Of a stretch of DNA of 64,000 nt, positions 37,935 through 47,484 are shown in pieces (position 1 is the first letter of the stretch; the number at the start of each line of letters is the position of its first letter). The stretch is from a virus, in IMG/VR virus record IMGVR_UViG_3300037851_000538, positions 1 to 64,000 of that record, one strand, 5' to 3'. The notes below the pieces were generated by a model. That model was not told the DNA's origin. It did no database searches and saw only the letters and a list, made by a program, of their open reading frames with translations. The position numbers were made by a program, and so were the translations under genes.

Positions 37935-37952
37935 CCCTCTCTGGAGTTTTAG

Positions 37953-40900
37953 ATGGGCCTCCTCTTGTTCTCTAAGCAGGCTTCAAGGATATCTGAGGCC
38001 GCATCCTCTTCAAAAAAGAACTCGTCGTATTTAGAAGAGGGCTATATTGGTCCGGGACTTCCTAAAAAGAAGGTATCGGACCTCCCTAAAGTAGACCTAC
38101 CCGAGCGTTGGGAATTTTCTGCCCATCCGCACGACGCTAAAAAAAGCGGCCTACACGTAGACGTTCGTCTGGGAGACCCCGTATCTGGCATAGCTCATTC
38201 ATTCGTTATTCCTAAGACAGACAAGCTTCCTGAACCCGGGTCTAATGTCCGGGTCATTCCAACCTTCGATCACAAGATACCGTACATGGATTTTACCGGT
38301 ACGATATCCACTCCGTACGGTAAAGGAGAAGTCATTCCTGGTCGAAGAGAGGTAGCAGAGGTCTATCATTCCACTCCAGAAAAGGACCCAGGCACCAAGG
38401 TCAGATTCAACCTATACTCAGGCTCTCATCCAGAAGAATTCGCTATACGAAAAGATGAGAGAGGCCGTTGGTATCTTCACAATAAGACCCAGACCAGAGA
38501 AAGACGGCCGGATATACCGGACTACAAGCCCAAGTACAAAGAGGTATCTGTAGATTCAATAGACCCTTCTGACGAATCCCAAGCCATGATGCCCAAGCTA
38601 GACGGAGCTCATGGGATAATAGATTTGAAGGCTGGTAGGTCTCCGAGAGTGTATTCTTACCGAGTGGGGGTCAAGACTCCTACAGGACTAATTGAGCACA
38701 CCCATAAGATACCAGAACTTCTAAAGACCAAAGTCCCTAAAGAGCTAGACGGAACTATTATACGGGCCGAGATATTGGGCAGAGACAAAGACGGTAAGGC
38801 CATTCCTGCTCAAGAGATTGGAGGACTACTTAACTCCAAAGTTTGGGAGAGCCGAAAGAAGCAAGAGCAGTCGGGGGTAAAACTGTGGGCTTTTCCATTC
38901 GACGTTGTGAAGCATAAAGGAAAAGACGTTTCCCATCTGCCTTTTGAGGACAAGGTCAAAATACTCAAAAAGGTAGAAGAGTCCTTTGGGCCTGTAGAAC
39001 TTCCTGAGATTGTTTCTGGAACTTTAGAGAAGATAGAGCTTTTGAACAAGATTCGTTCAAAGGCGCATCCTTTAACTGAAGAGGGTGTAGTTCTTATAGA
39101 CCCTAAAAAGCCCTCTGCTCCTATAAAGGCCAAGTTCTCTCCTGACTTCGATGTGTTCGTTAGGGATATACACCCGGCCATCAGCGGAAAGACTGGAGAG
39201 AAGCATGATAGGGCTGGGTCAATCAGTTATTCCTGGACTCCTAATGGCCCGATAGTTGGCCAGCTTGGTGGTTTCTCTCATGGAGAAGCCAGAGAGATGA
39301 TTAAGAACCCGGACAGGTACATTGGCCGAGTCGCAAAGGTGAAGGCTATGAAAGTGTTTAAGTCGGAGTCCGGAGATCCGGGAGCTTTGTTTCAGCCTCG
39401 GTTCAAAGAGTGGCACTTGGACAAGGGCGACATCGAAAAGAGCTCAGCGGCTTCTATGCTGACAAAGGTTTCAGAGATGAAGAAAAAGGCAGATAACTCC
39501 AGTCTGAAAAAAGACGTGTCTCTCTACGACCATCAGAAAAGAGCTATTGAAAAGGTAAAGAGCCACGATGGCAATCTTATCCTTAGCCACGGAACTGGTT
39601 CTGGAAAGACCCTTACTGCGATAGCTGCCTTTGAATCTCTTCGTGAAGACGGAAAAGCCACTAAGGCCCTGGTTGTTACTCCAGCTTCTTTGAGGGCTAA
39701 CTTTATAGACAACGGGGTCAGGAAGTTTACTACTTCTAGGGCATCTATCATTGGAAATAGCGAGGAAGCTAAAAAGGGCATAGCTCGTTCTTTAGACGAT
39801 CCCGATCCTGGTTCTAGGTACCATGTCATCTCCTACGAGATGTTTTCCAAAGACCCTGAAAAGGCGATCAAGGCTACTGGGGCAGATACGGTCATTTATG
39901 ACGAGCTTCACCGAATTCGTAACGATCAGGGGGTGACATACAAGACCATTAAGGACGCCAGGAAGCACCACAGGAACTTCATAGGTCTTACTGGGTCTTT
40001 GATGAACAACACTCCTGCGGATTTGGTCCCTTTAGTTGACGCTATGACGGATGGCAATCACCGTCTTGGGACCAAGGCCCGTTTCGAGACTCGTTTTATT
40101 TCTGAGTCTAAGGGGGGTAAGAAGATAAACAAACCGCAGGTGGTGAAAGCCCTGCTCAACCCATTTGTAGACCATTTTGAAACCAAAGACCTCTCCGACG
40201 CCAAAATGCCTAAAAAAGTGGTGGAGGAAGTCAAAGTGATGATGAGCCCCTATCAAGAGGAGCTATATCGTTACGTGGTCAACAAGATGGATCCTATTAC
40301 GGCCATCAAGTTCCGTTTGGGAACTACTAAGCTGAAGACGCACGATATCAGCAACATCTTCTCTCAGATAATTCAAGCCCGGCAGGTATCTAACTCTCCG
40401 CACACCATAGACCTGAGTCTTCCTATCCAGGATGCTCCAGACAAATCCCCCAAGGTAAAGAAATTGCTAGATGATGTAGAAGAGCATCTCAAAGAGACTA
40501 GCGATGGTCAGGTGGTTATTCACTCTAACCTTATTAAGGGTGGCGTGGATGTTCTATCAGAGGGTCTTAAGCAGAGGAACATTCCCTTCTCGACCTTTGT
40601 AGGTAAAGGGCAGCCGGGAGTAACAGAGGACAAGAGGCAGAAGGGGGTAGAGGAATTCAATTCTGGGAAGAAGCGGGTGATAGTCATATCCGCTGCGGGA
40701 GGGGAGGGGTTAGACCTTAGAAACGCTACTATGTTTGCTGGGCTCGACGGCCATTTCAACCCAGAGAAAGTTAATCAGGCCGAGTCTCGGGCCGTACGAG
40801 CTGGCGGACTTTCTCATAGGCCTGAAGAAGACCGGAGAGTAATAGTAAAGAGATACGTGAGCGTGGTTCCTAGGTCTATAACCCAGACCCTATTGGATAC

Positions 40901-41750
40901 CTCTGAACTGATATCACCATCTGCGATATTCAAGCGGGTATCTACCCCCGGGACTCCTATTTTCTACAACCCTTTTAAGAGGGAAAGGTCCCCTGACGAG
41001 TGGATGTCCGAAGTTGCATCCAATAAGGATATCCTCAACAAGCAGTTTAGAGAGCAGTTAAAGACATCTGCCGCCGACGAATTTGTTCCTGTGGACTATG
41101 TTTTGGAGTCAATGTCCGGGTCATTACTTAAAGTAGCGAAGTTAAACTCTTTTTGTGAGGAGCTCGAAAAAATATCCTCGGCCGCTAGTAGTAGGATACC
41201 ATATCAGCCCTACAGGTTCGTCAAGTCCGACCACCACATCATGTCCCATTACTGGGACAAGTTAGGCCCCGAGGTGGAGAAAATGGACGACCCCTACACT
41301 GAAGAACTTAGTAAAAAAGAGGACCAGATAGAGGAACAAAAACACGTTGAAGCCTTGAGAGCGTATTATCGAGAAGCGGCCAAGTCCCCTCCTGGCACTA
41401 TGTCTGCTAAAAATCCCTTATCGGATTCTGAGTACCTTAAACCTCTTCTTTTGGGTTCGGCTGCTGGAGGGGCTGTAATGGGTATTCCTTTGTCCATGAA
41501 CGCCATTGAGGTTTTTGAGCCTAAGACTTTGAAACATACTTTGGGGATCGGGGCGGCTGCTGTTGGTGGAACAGCTCTTTTGAGCGCCGGGTTGGCGTAT
41601 CACATGGCCAGGAAAAACCCCTCGTTTACTACCGCTAAGTCCAAGGCCAAAAAGCTACATAAGCTCCCCGATCAAGATCTTAGGGCCATGCTGCGCGGGC
41701 TTTCCATTAAGGAAGAGGTTGTTAAAACCACTGAGCATTACATCAAATAA
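37953..41750 (+). CDS. Multidomain protein: LigD-type 3'-phosphoesterase + ATP-dependent DNA ligase + SNF2 helicase + Gly-rich C-domain
   Basis: PE: HDAKKSGLHVDVRL, SFVIPK, FDH..YMDF.G.I..PYGKG.V. Ligase: PKLDG, FPFDVV, EEGVVL, KAK, QPRFKEWHLDK. SNF2: HGTGSGKT, YDELH, LTGSLMNN, GGEGLDL, QAESRAVR. Confidence 0.88.
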   Translation: MGLLLFSKQASRISEAASSSKKNSSYLEEGYIGPGLPKKKVSDLPKVDLPERWEFSAHPHDAKKSGLHVDVRLGDPVSGIAHSFVIPKTDKLPEPGSNVRVIPTFDHKIPYMDFTGTISTPYGKGEVIPGRREVAEVYHSTPEKDPGTKVRFNLYSGSHPEEFAIRKDERGRWYLHNKTQTRERRPDIPDYKPKYKEVSVDSIDPSDESQAMMPKLDGAHGIIDLKAGRSPRVYSYRVGVKTPTGLIEHTHKIPELLKTKVPKELDGTIIRAEILGRDKDGKAIPAQEIGGLLNSKVWESRKKQEQSGVKLWAFPFDVVKHKGKDVSHLPFEDKVKILKKVEESFGPVELPEIVSGTLEKIELLNKIRSKAHPLTEEGVVLIDPKKPSAPIKAKFSPDFDVFVRDIHPAISGKTGEKHDRAGSISYSWTPNGPIVGQLGGFSHGEAREMIKNPDRYIGRVAKVKAMKVFKSESGDPGALFQPRFKEWHLDKGDIEKSSAASMLTKVSEMKKKADNSSLKKDVSLYDHQKRAIEKVKSHDGNLILSHGTGSGKTLTAIAAFESLREDGKATKALVVTPASLRANFIDNGVRKFTTSRASIIGNSEEAKKGIARSLDDPDPGSRYHVISYEMFSKDPEKAIKATGADTVIYDELHRIRNDQGVTYKTIKDARKHHRNFIGLTGSLMNNTPADLVPLVDAMTDGNHRLGTKARFETRFISESKGGKKINKPQVVKALLNPFVDHFETKDLSDAKMPKKVVEEVKVMMSPYQEELYRYVVNKMDPITAIKFRLGTTKLKTHDISNIFSQIIQARQVSNSPHTIDLSLPIQDAPDKSPKVKKLLDDVEEHLKETSDGQVVIHSNLIKGGVDVLSEGLKQRNIPFSTFVGKGQPGVTEDKRQKGVEEFNSGKKRVIVISAAGGEGLDLRNATMFAGLDGHFNPEKVNQAESRAVRAGGLSHRPEEDRRVIVKRYVSVVPRSITQTLLDTSELISPSAIFKRVSTPGTPIFYNPFKRERSPDEWMSEVASNKDILNKQFREQLKTSAADEFVPVDYVLESMSGSLLKVAKLNSFCEELEKISSAASSRIPYQPYRFVKSDHHIMSHYWDKLGPEVEKMDDPYTEELSKKEDQIEEQKHVEALRAYYREAAKSPPGTMSAKNPLSDSEYLKPLLLGSAAGGAVMGIPLSMNAIEVFEPKTLKHTLGIGAAAVGGTALLSAGLAYHMARKNPSFTTAKSKAKKLHKLPDQDLRAMLRGLSIKEEVVKTTEHYIK

Positions 41751-41797
41751 CGACTCAAGAAACGAATCGTAGAGGGCCTTTCGGCACGAAAAAGATT

Positions 41798-42655
41798 TTG
41801 AAGAAAACTTTATCAAAGCGGCGGAGCGACATCTTGAAATACACCCAAAGGGAAGAAAGCGTCGTCAAAAAGGCTGAGAACTCCGAGATGGGTTCCGCAG
41901 AACGAGCAGTTGCTTTTGGAGTTCCCACATCCCTCGCTTCTTATCTTTCATGGAGAGCGGGTAAGGAACTAGCCGGAGACATTGCATCCCGAACGGTTAG
42001 ACATATTTCTCCCTTTGATTTTAGGGACTACAAGAACCTAAAGAGAGAGATGGGGATAACAGAAAAAGTCCCCATGTATCACAGCGATACTGGCCTTTTT
42101 GTTTCTGGAGAACAAGATCCAGACTTTCTCAAGCACCCTTTAAGGGACAAGTACACGGAGCAAGCTCGAAAAAACATAGCAGCTCAAAAGGGCCCTAGAA
42201 TATTTGTTCGTAAAAATGATCCGTTATTGGCGGCACATGAATTAGGCCACGCTCGGTTTATGTTGGATAACCCTCGTCTTAGCAGAGCAGTGGATATTTT
42301 GGGCAAGATTACGTCTAAGGCCGCCCTTCCTGCTGGAATTCTCATGGCGGCAGCGGGAGAAGAGGACTCTCCTGTTGTTAAGGCAGCCCCTTTCGTTGCG
42401 GCTGCCGCAGGCGCCCCTGGACTTTTTGAGGAGGCTGAAGCTAGTTGGAGGGGCTTGTCGGCTCTGAAAAGGTTAGGGAAGTACTCTCCCGAGGAGCTGA
42501 GAAGAATGTCCCTTCGAGCTTTACGAAATTTGGGCATATACTCTCTACCCACATTTGCCGCTGCAATACCTGTAGGGGTCTTGTCTCTTATACGGTCTAG
42601 ATCTTCTTCAGAAAAGAAAGACGATGGTGCCCAGGAACAGGGCCAAGCCTCTTGA
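41798..42655 (+). CDS. Zn-dependent metallopeptidase (HExxH), membrane-associated
   Basis: LAAHELGHA plus downstream EAEASWRG third-ligand motif and hydrophobic helices; start uncertain (TTG). Confidence 0.7.
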   Translation: MKKTLSKRRSDILKYTQREESVVKKAENSEMGSAERAVAFGVPTSLASYLSWRAGKELAGDIASRTVRHISPFDFRDYKNLKREMGITEKVPMYHSDTGLFVSGEQDPDFLKHPLRDKYTEQARKNIAAQKGPRIFVRKNDPLLAAHELGHARFMLDNPRLSRAVDILGKITSKAALPAGILMAAAGEEDSPVVKAAPFVAAAAGAPGLFEEAEASWRGLSALKRLGKYSPEELRRMSLRALRNLGIYSLPTFAAAIPVGVLSLIRSRSSSEKKDDGAQEQGQAS

Positions 42656-43190
42656 TAGCTTCAATATGGTCCTCTGTCCCATACCCAGAATTCTTGTCCC
42701 ATCCGTACTCAGGGTACGTTCTGCTCAAAGCCCGCATGAACGTGTCTCTAGCGACCTTGGCCAAAATGCTTGCCGCAGAAACCTGCCAGAAATTAGCGTC
42801 TGCCTTGGGCTCGGCATTTATCGTTTCAAAGAACGCTTTGTCTGAAGGCGAACGTACCCCATCGACGATGAGAGTGGTTTTGCTTCCTACGGATATTTTA
42901 CCGTATAGACTGCGAAGAGCCTCTGACGCGGCTCTTTGCCAAGATTCAGCTATGCCCGCGGAATCAACAACAGGGGGACTTGCCCACCCCAATCCGTAAC
43001 AAATGGCAGCTTCTCTGATGGCTAGAACCAGGCTCTCTCTTTTCTTCGACGTGAGCTTTTTGGAGTCCACTACTTCTAACATCTGGGGATGTTCTTTTGG
43101 GAATACTGCTACGCAAACCACTAGAGGGCCGGCAAGGCAGCCCATCCCTACTTCGTCCATACCAGCTATGACTTCTTTACACGTGTCCAT
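42597..43190 (-). CDS. rnhB: Ribonuclease HII
   Basis: GMDEVGMGCLAGPLVV, DSKKL, IVDG, KAD...VSAASILAKVARD, YGWDKNSGYGT..H, HRLSF. Confidence 0.95.
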   Translation of the reverse strand: MDTCKEVIAGMDEVGMGCLAGPLVVCVAVFPKEHPQMLEVVDSKKLTSKKRESLVLAIREAAICYGLGWASPPVVDSAGIAESWQRAASEALRSLYGKISVGSKTTLIVDGVRSPSDKAFFETINAEPKADANFWQVSAASILAKVARDTFMRALSRTYPEYGWDKNSGYGTEDHIEAIKRLGPVPGHHRLSFLKKI

Positions 43191-43518
43191 GAAAATGTCT
43201 TCCTTTCGTATAGACTTCTGCTTTTATGCCCGAATCGGATATGTTGATGATTGGAACCTCGCAGTCATACATCTTGGCCCAGATCCGTATGTACTGCCTA
43301 AGAGGTGTTCTAGTGTTTTTGGACAAAGGTCTTTTGAGACTGGCTTCCAGAAAAAACTTTAGGGGGTCACTGGTGGGTAACGCTTTGAAGGTAGGGTCTA
43401 TGACATCATCTCCTACGGCGGCTAGGATTCCTTCTCTGGCCTTTTCTATCCATTCTAGCCTTCTTCTAACTACGTCTCTTTGGTAGTTCATAGGGTGCAT
43501 TATGCAAGTTAGCTTCAA
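43177..43518 (-). CDS. Hypothetical protein (true start probably near 43500)
   Basis: Co-oriented with and overlapping rnhB. Confidence 0.5.
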   Translation of the reverse strand: MKLTCIMHPMNYQRDVVRRRLEWIEKAREGILAAVGDDVIDPTFKALPTSDPLKFFLEASLKRPLSKNTRTPLRQYIRIWAKMYDCEVPIINISDSGIKAEVYTKGRHFHGHV

Positions 43519-45307
43519 ATCCTGTCCATATGACGTCTACGATTGCGAAGATAACGACACCACCAAGTCGGAGTCTTTATACCAAGAAGACATACAGATT
43601 TTAGAGTCTACGTCCCTGATACCAGCGACACCGTCTCAGTTTGTAGAGTTCGCCGTCTTCATTCCAGAAAAAGGTCGATTGGAAAGGTTCAACTTTGCAA
43701 AACGTCCGTATCTAAGAGCCATATACGACACCCCCACCAAGAGGAGACTTCTGCTCGCTGGACGTCAGGTCGAGAAAAGTACACTTTTAGGTAATACCTG
43801 CCTCACCTACTCAGCTATGAACCCGTTTTTCAGAACCTTGTACGTCAGCCCGTCTAATCAGCAGACTAAGGTGTTTAGTAGAGACCGTATCAAGGAGCCC
43901 ATTAACATATCTCCCGTACTTAAGACGTTTACGGACTCTAGACTACTAGACAATGTCTTGGAGAAGTCTTTCACCAACCAAGCCAAAATCATTCTTCGAT
44001 TTGCCTTTCTGAATGCTGACCGCGTTCGAGGTAATCCTGCTGACCTAGTTATGATCGACGAGTTTCAGGACATTGTTCTGGATAATGTCCCGGTCATTGA
44101 GGAGTGCGCGTCTCACTCGTCATGGAAGATGTTTCTTTATAGTGGGACTCCTAAGTCCTTGGACAACACCCTTGAGTATTACTGGAGCAGATTCTCTACG
44201 CAGAACGAGTGGGTGGTTCCTTGTAAGAGACATGGACTTCCTAGCAGTCCGGGAAGTTGGCACTGGAACATACTAGACGAGGACAATATTAGCCCGTCAG
44301 GTCTCATATGCGACAAGTGCGGTAGCCCTATTCATGCAGACGACCCAGACTGCTGTTGGATGGCTTTGAATCCAAAGCCGCGTGTAGAAAAGCCATATGA
44401 GGGATACAGACTTCCTCAGATTATGGTCCCTTGGGTAGATTTCTCTGACATTGCAGACAAGCAGCGTAAGTATTCACGAGCCAAATTCTACAATGAGGTT
44501 CTTGGTAGAAGCTATGACTCTGGAACTCGTCCTCTGACCCGTCAGGACGTATTTCAGAACTGCCGAGAAGATTTGTCGATGGAGTATTACCATCTAGTCG
44601 AGCAGCTATCGACATCATACCCCATATTCTTGGGCGCCGACTGGGGATCTGGAGAGAATACTTACACAGTGATATCTTTGGGCGGATACCTTCCTTTTGA
44701 CCCAGAGCACTTCACATATTTTTATCTAAAGAGGTTTGAAGGTGTAGAGTCCGACCCCCAGTTTCAGATCAAAGCTATCAAAGATCTGGCGCGAAGGTTC
44801 AATGTTAGGTTTATTGGCGTAGACTACGGAGGAGGTCATTGGCCTAACGACGAACTGGTTCGGGAGTTCGGCGCTGAGAAGATAAAGAAATACCAGTACG
44901 TCGGAAACGTAAAGAAAAAGATAGCGTTTGAACCGCGTTTGGGAGTTCCTCGGTACCTGTGTCATAGAACCGAAGTTATGTCTGACGTTATGAACGCTGT
45001 GAAAAGGGCTAACGTCTTTCGCTACCCTAGGTGGGAAGAGTTTGAAGACCCATTCGGCATGGACTTCTTGAACATCTTTTCCGAGTATAACGACCGCCTA
45101 CGTATGAACGTGTACCGGCATGCCCCGGGCATGACAGATGACTCTTTTCATTCGTGCCTGTATTGTTTTTTGGCGTCGTTCTTTTACAAGCCTCGACCGG
45201 ACGTCATTCTTCCGACTCGAGAGGTTGATCGTTCTCGGAAGGTTCAGGAGACTCGGGACGCCTACGAGGGGGCGGAAGATTCCATGGACGATCTTGACGT
45301 TTCATAG
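43502..45307 (+). CDS. terL: Terminase large subunit (lambda gpA-like)
   Basis: RPYLRAIYD, Walker A-like AGRQVEKST, DRVRG..ADLVMIDE, SGTP, Zn finger C..H/CDKC, nuclease LGADWG and DDSFHS. Confidence 0.88.
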   Translation: MQVSFKSCPYDVYDCEDNDTTKSESLYQEDIQILESTSLIPATPSQFVEFAVFIPEKGRLERFNFAKRPYLRAIYDTPTKRRLLLAGRQVEKSTLLGNTCLTYSAMNPFFRTLYVSPSNQQTKVFSRDRIKEPINISPVLKTFTDSRLLDNVLEKSFTNQAKIILRFAFLNADRVRGNPADLVMIDEFQDIVLDNVPVIEECASHSSWKMFLYSGTPKSLDNTLEYYWSRFSTQNEWVVPCKRHGLPSSPGSWHWNILDEDNISPSGLICDKCGSPIHADDPDCCWMALNPKPRVEKPYEGYRLPQIMVPWVDFSDIADKQRKYSRAKFYNEVLGRSYDSGTRPLTRQDVFQNCREDLSMEYYHLVEQLSTSYPIFLGADWGSGENTYTVISLGGYLPFDPEHFTYFYLKRFEGVESDPQFQIKAIKDLARRFNVRFIGVDYGGGHWPNDELVREFGAEKIKKYQYVGNVKKKIAFEPRLGVPRYLCHRTEVMSDVMNAVKRANVFRYPRWEEFEDPFGMDFLNIFSEYNDRLRMNVYRHAPGMTDDSFHSCLYCFLASFFYKPRPDVILPTREVDRSRKVQETRDAYEGAEDSMDDLDVS

Positions 45308-45602
45308 ACTCCTGGTACTTCTTAAAAGCCTCTGGGTAGCTCTTTATCATCTCAGCGCTTCGTGGGCTGAGTAGGTCTTCTGGATACAGCACTTTAACGG
45401 TTTCTTGGGGCTGCTTGGCTAAAGTTACGCTGTCTTGCGTAATATAGGTGTTCATTGCTCCGGCCACGTGGACCGCTACCAACCTTCCGGAGTCGATCAT
45501 CCGATAGATAGTGGCCCTGGAAACCCCAAGCTGTTTTTTTGCTTCATCTATGTCTATTAGGTTTTCTCCTTCGACCTTGATTCTTCCCATTCTAATCTCC
45601 AC
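45204..45602 (-). CDS. Excisionase-like / HTH_17 DNA-binding protein
   Basis: LIDIDEAKKQLGVSRATIYRMIDSGRL winged-HTH. Confidence 0.75.
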   Translation of the reverse strand: MEIRMGRIKVEGENLIDIDEAKKQLGVSRATIYRMIDSGRLVAVHVAGAMNTYITQDSVTLAKQPQETVKVLYPEDLLSPRSAEMIKSYPEAFKKYQESMKRQDRPWNLPPPRRRPESPEPSENDQPLESEE

Positions 45603-45654
45603 ATGTTAGCGTTTGAATCAATCTTTTGTGGGTCATCAACAATGCGAGGCCGAA

Positions 45655-47199
45655 ATGGCGGATGAATTCAGCTTTTTCTCCAACGCTTCTTCCTACGCCA
45701 AGCTTTCTTCCGACGATTTGAAGTCGTTGGGTAAAGAGGCGGCTTTAGACTTTCTTCAAGAAGGAATCCCTTTGAACGACGCCGTTGTCAAGGTGGCCCA
45801 AAGGTATCCTAGCATTTCAACGCACCAAGTTCGTCGCGTTGTAGAGTTTGCCAACCAGGAAGCGTTCGCCAATCTGTTTGAGAAACAGGCTGGAGACAAG
45901 AACGTTGACTTCGACATTGCGGACCCGGCTGAGGTTCTTCACATCATCAATAGCGGGGTTAGGCCTGTGGAGGTATCGGCGTTTCCTGAAGAGTACGCCT
46001 CATGCCCAATCAAGATGGCCTCTTATGACGTAGAGTCGGACTTAACTCTGTGTCGAGAATTTGGGGTAGAGGTTACGTCTCCCGCCATGCGAAAGGTGGC
46101 CTCTTTACCCCAGCTGCAGCCGTCTCCTGCTGACCGTGTTTTGGCCAAGATAGCTTCTCTGAATGCTAGGTCTAAGAAAGGCTACGCAGGGGTTATTACC
46201 AAGATGGCGTTTGGAGAGGCGGCCCCAATGGCCGGTTCCAATCCCAACGATGGTATGTCTGCGGATGAACATCACGAAAGAATGCTGGCTCTTCAGCGAG
46301 AGATCGAACTGGCCAAGAAAAGGGAAGAACTGGCCAAAATTCAGCAGAAGGCCAATCAGGATTTGGGCCTGGCTCCTCCAGATCAGGCAGCTGGGGACCC
46401 TAATGCCGCAGGCGCAGGTCAGACCGGTATGCCTATGGAGCAGATGCAGCAGGATCCTTCTCAAGGAATGGCTCCTCCTATGCCGGCACAGACACAGCCA
46501 GCGCCCGAACAGCCCATGCCTTTTGCAGGGCCCATGCTCTCTCCTCCGGGTGGCGGAGTCCCGAAAACGGCTGCGAGCCTTCTTTCTTCTGCGCTTGCTC
46601 ATGCTAAGGCTGGAAGGCCTATGTCTCGGGAGGTGGTTGAGGACTTGCAGAAATCTGCTTCGTTGGAAGAAATACGCTCATCCGTCCGTTCTAAAGAGAC
46701 GCCTTATCCAAGCGCTGATCCTTATCGAGAGTTGGTAGAGACCAGACAAAAAGTTGCCAAGCTTCGGGAAGAAGCTGTCTGCGCTGCCGACACGAATAAG
46801 TTCATGGCTAAAGAGGCCGCAGACCTGTTCTACAAAGAAGCAGAACAGTTCCTTTGGAATGGTGGCCGGTTGGGTGAAGTTCTGCACATGATGGAATCTA
46901 TTTCTCCCTCCTCGGAGATTTTGAAGGCTGCTTCTATTTCTTTGACGAAGAGGTTGAAAGACAGAGGGTTGGACAAGGTGGCCGCTAGGACAGACCTCAT
47001 CGAGTATGAGATGTCTAATAAAGGCAAGCACCGTGTCGTAGACGATTCTCATCCAGTGGCTCAGTCTTTCGGGGCTTTTTGCAAACTAGCCTCCAACCAG
47101 CCTGTGCTGGAAACGTCTCGTAACGAGTTGAACCTCCTAAGTCAAAAGCTGGATTCTGCCTTGTCGGAGGTGTGGAGATTCAATGCTTCGTGCCAGTAA
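45655..47199 (+). CDS. Head-module protein rich in K-x-A motifs (scaffold/core-like)
   Basis: EKQAG, IKMAS, RKVAS, AKIAS, TKMAF, PKTAA, QKSAS, LKAAS, CKLAS; Gln/Pro/Met-rich linker. Confidence 0.65.
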   Translation: MADEFSFFSNASSYAKLSSDDLKSLGKEAALDFLQEGIPLNDAVVKVAQRYPSISTHQVRRVVEFANQEAFANLFEKQAGDKNVDFDIADPAEVLHIINSGVRPVEVSAFPEEYASCPIKMASYDVESDLTLCREFGVEVTSPAMRKVASLPQLQPSPADRVLAKIASLNARSKKGYAGVITKMAFGEAAPMAGSNPNDGMSADEHHERMLALQREIELAKKREELAKIQQKANQDLGLAPPDQAAGDPNAAGAGQTGMPMEQMQQDPSQGMAPPMPAQTQPAPEQPMPFAGPMLSPPGGGVPKTAASLLSSALAHAKAGRPMSREVVEDLQKSASLEEIRSSVRSKETPYPSADPYRELVETRQKVAKLREEAVCAADTNKFMAKEAADLFYKEAEQFLWNGGRLGEVLHMMESISPSSEILKAASISLTKRLKDRGLDKVAARTDLIEYEMSNKGKHRVVDDSHPVAQSFGAFCKLASNQPVLETSRNELNLLSQKLDSALSEVWRFNASCQ

Positions 47200-47470
47200 C
47201 GCAGCGTCCTTGCTGACTAAAGAAGCCTTGATTGGAAGGGCTTTGAGGTTGGGCGGAAGAGTCGCTGACGCATCATTGCGAGGCGTGGGTGGTTTCATTC
47301 GTAAACACCCAGTGGCCTCCGTTGCTGCGGCGGGTGCTATTGGAACCTCCGTTCCTGTGGTGTCGGAGGGATTCAGGTCGGGTGCTAGAGGCGTGTCTCC
47401 TGACTACGCAAGGGCTCAAAGAATGGGGTATGCCGAAGACCCTAAGGCTCCATACCCGTATTCGTATTGA
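47183..47470 (+). CDS. Small internal-head candidate (LTKEA leader, Gly/Ala-rich basic body)
   Basis: MLRASNAASLLTKEA|LIGRALRLGG... Confidence 0.6.
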   Translation: MLRASNAASLLTKEALIGRALRLGGRVADASLRGVGGFIRKHPVASVAAAGAIGTSVPVVSEGFRSGARGVSPDYARAQRMGYAEDPKAPYPYSY

Positions 47471-47484
47471 AAAAGGGGATTCAA

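Noticed and set aside
45204-45602. Excisionase as a sign of a prophage/integration module
   Set aside because: No integrase or att site in the window; HTH_17 proteins often act as stand-alone regulators.
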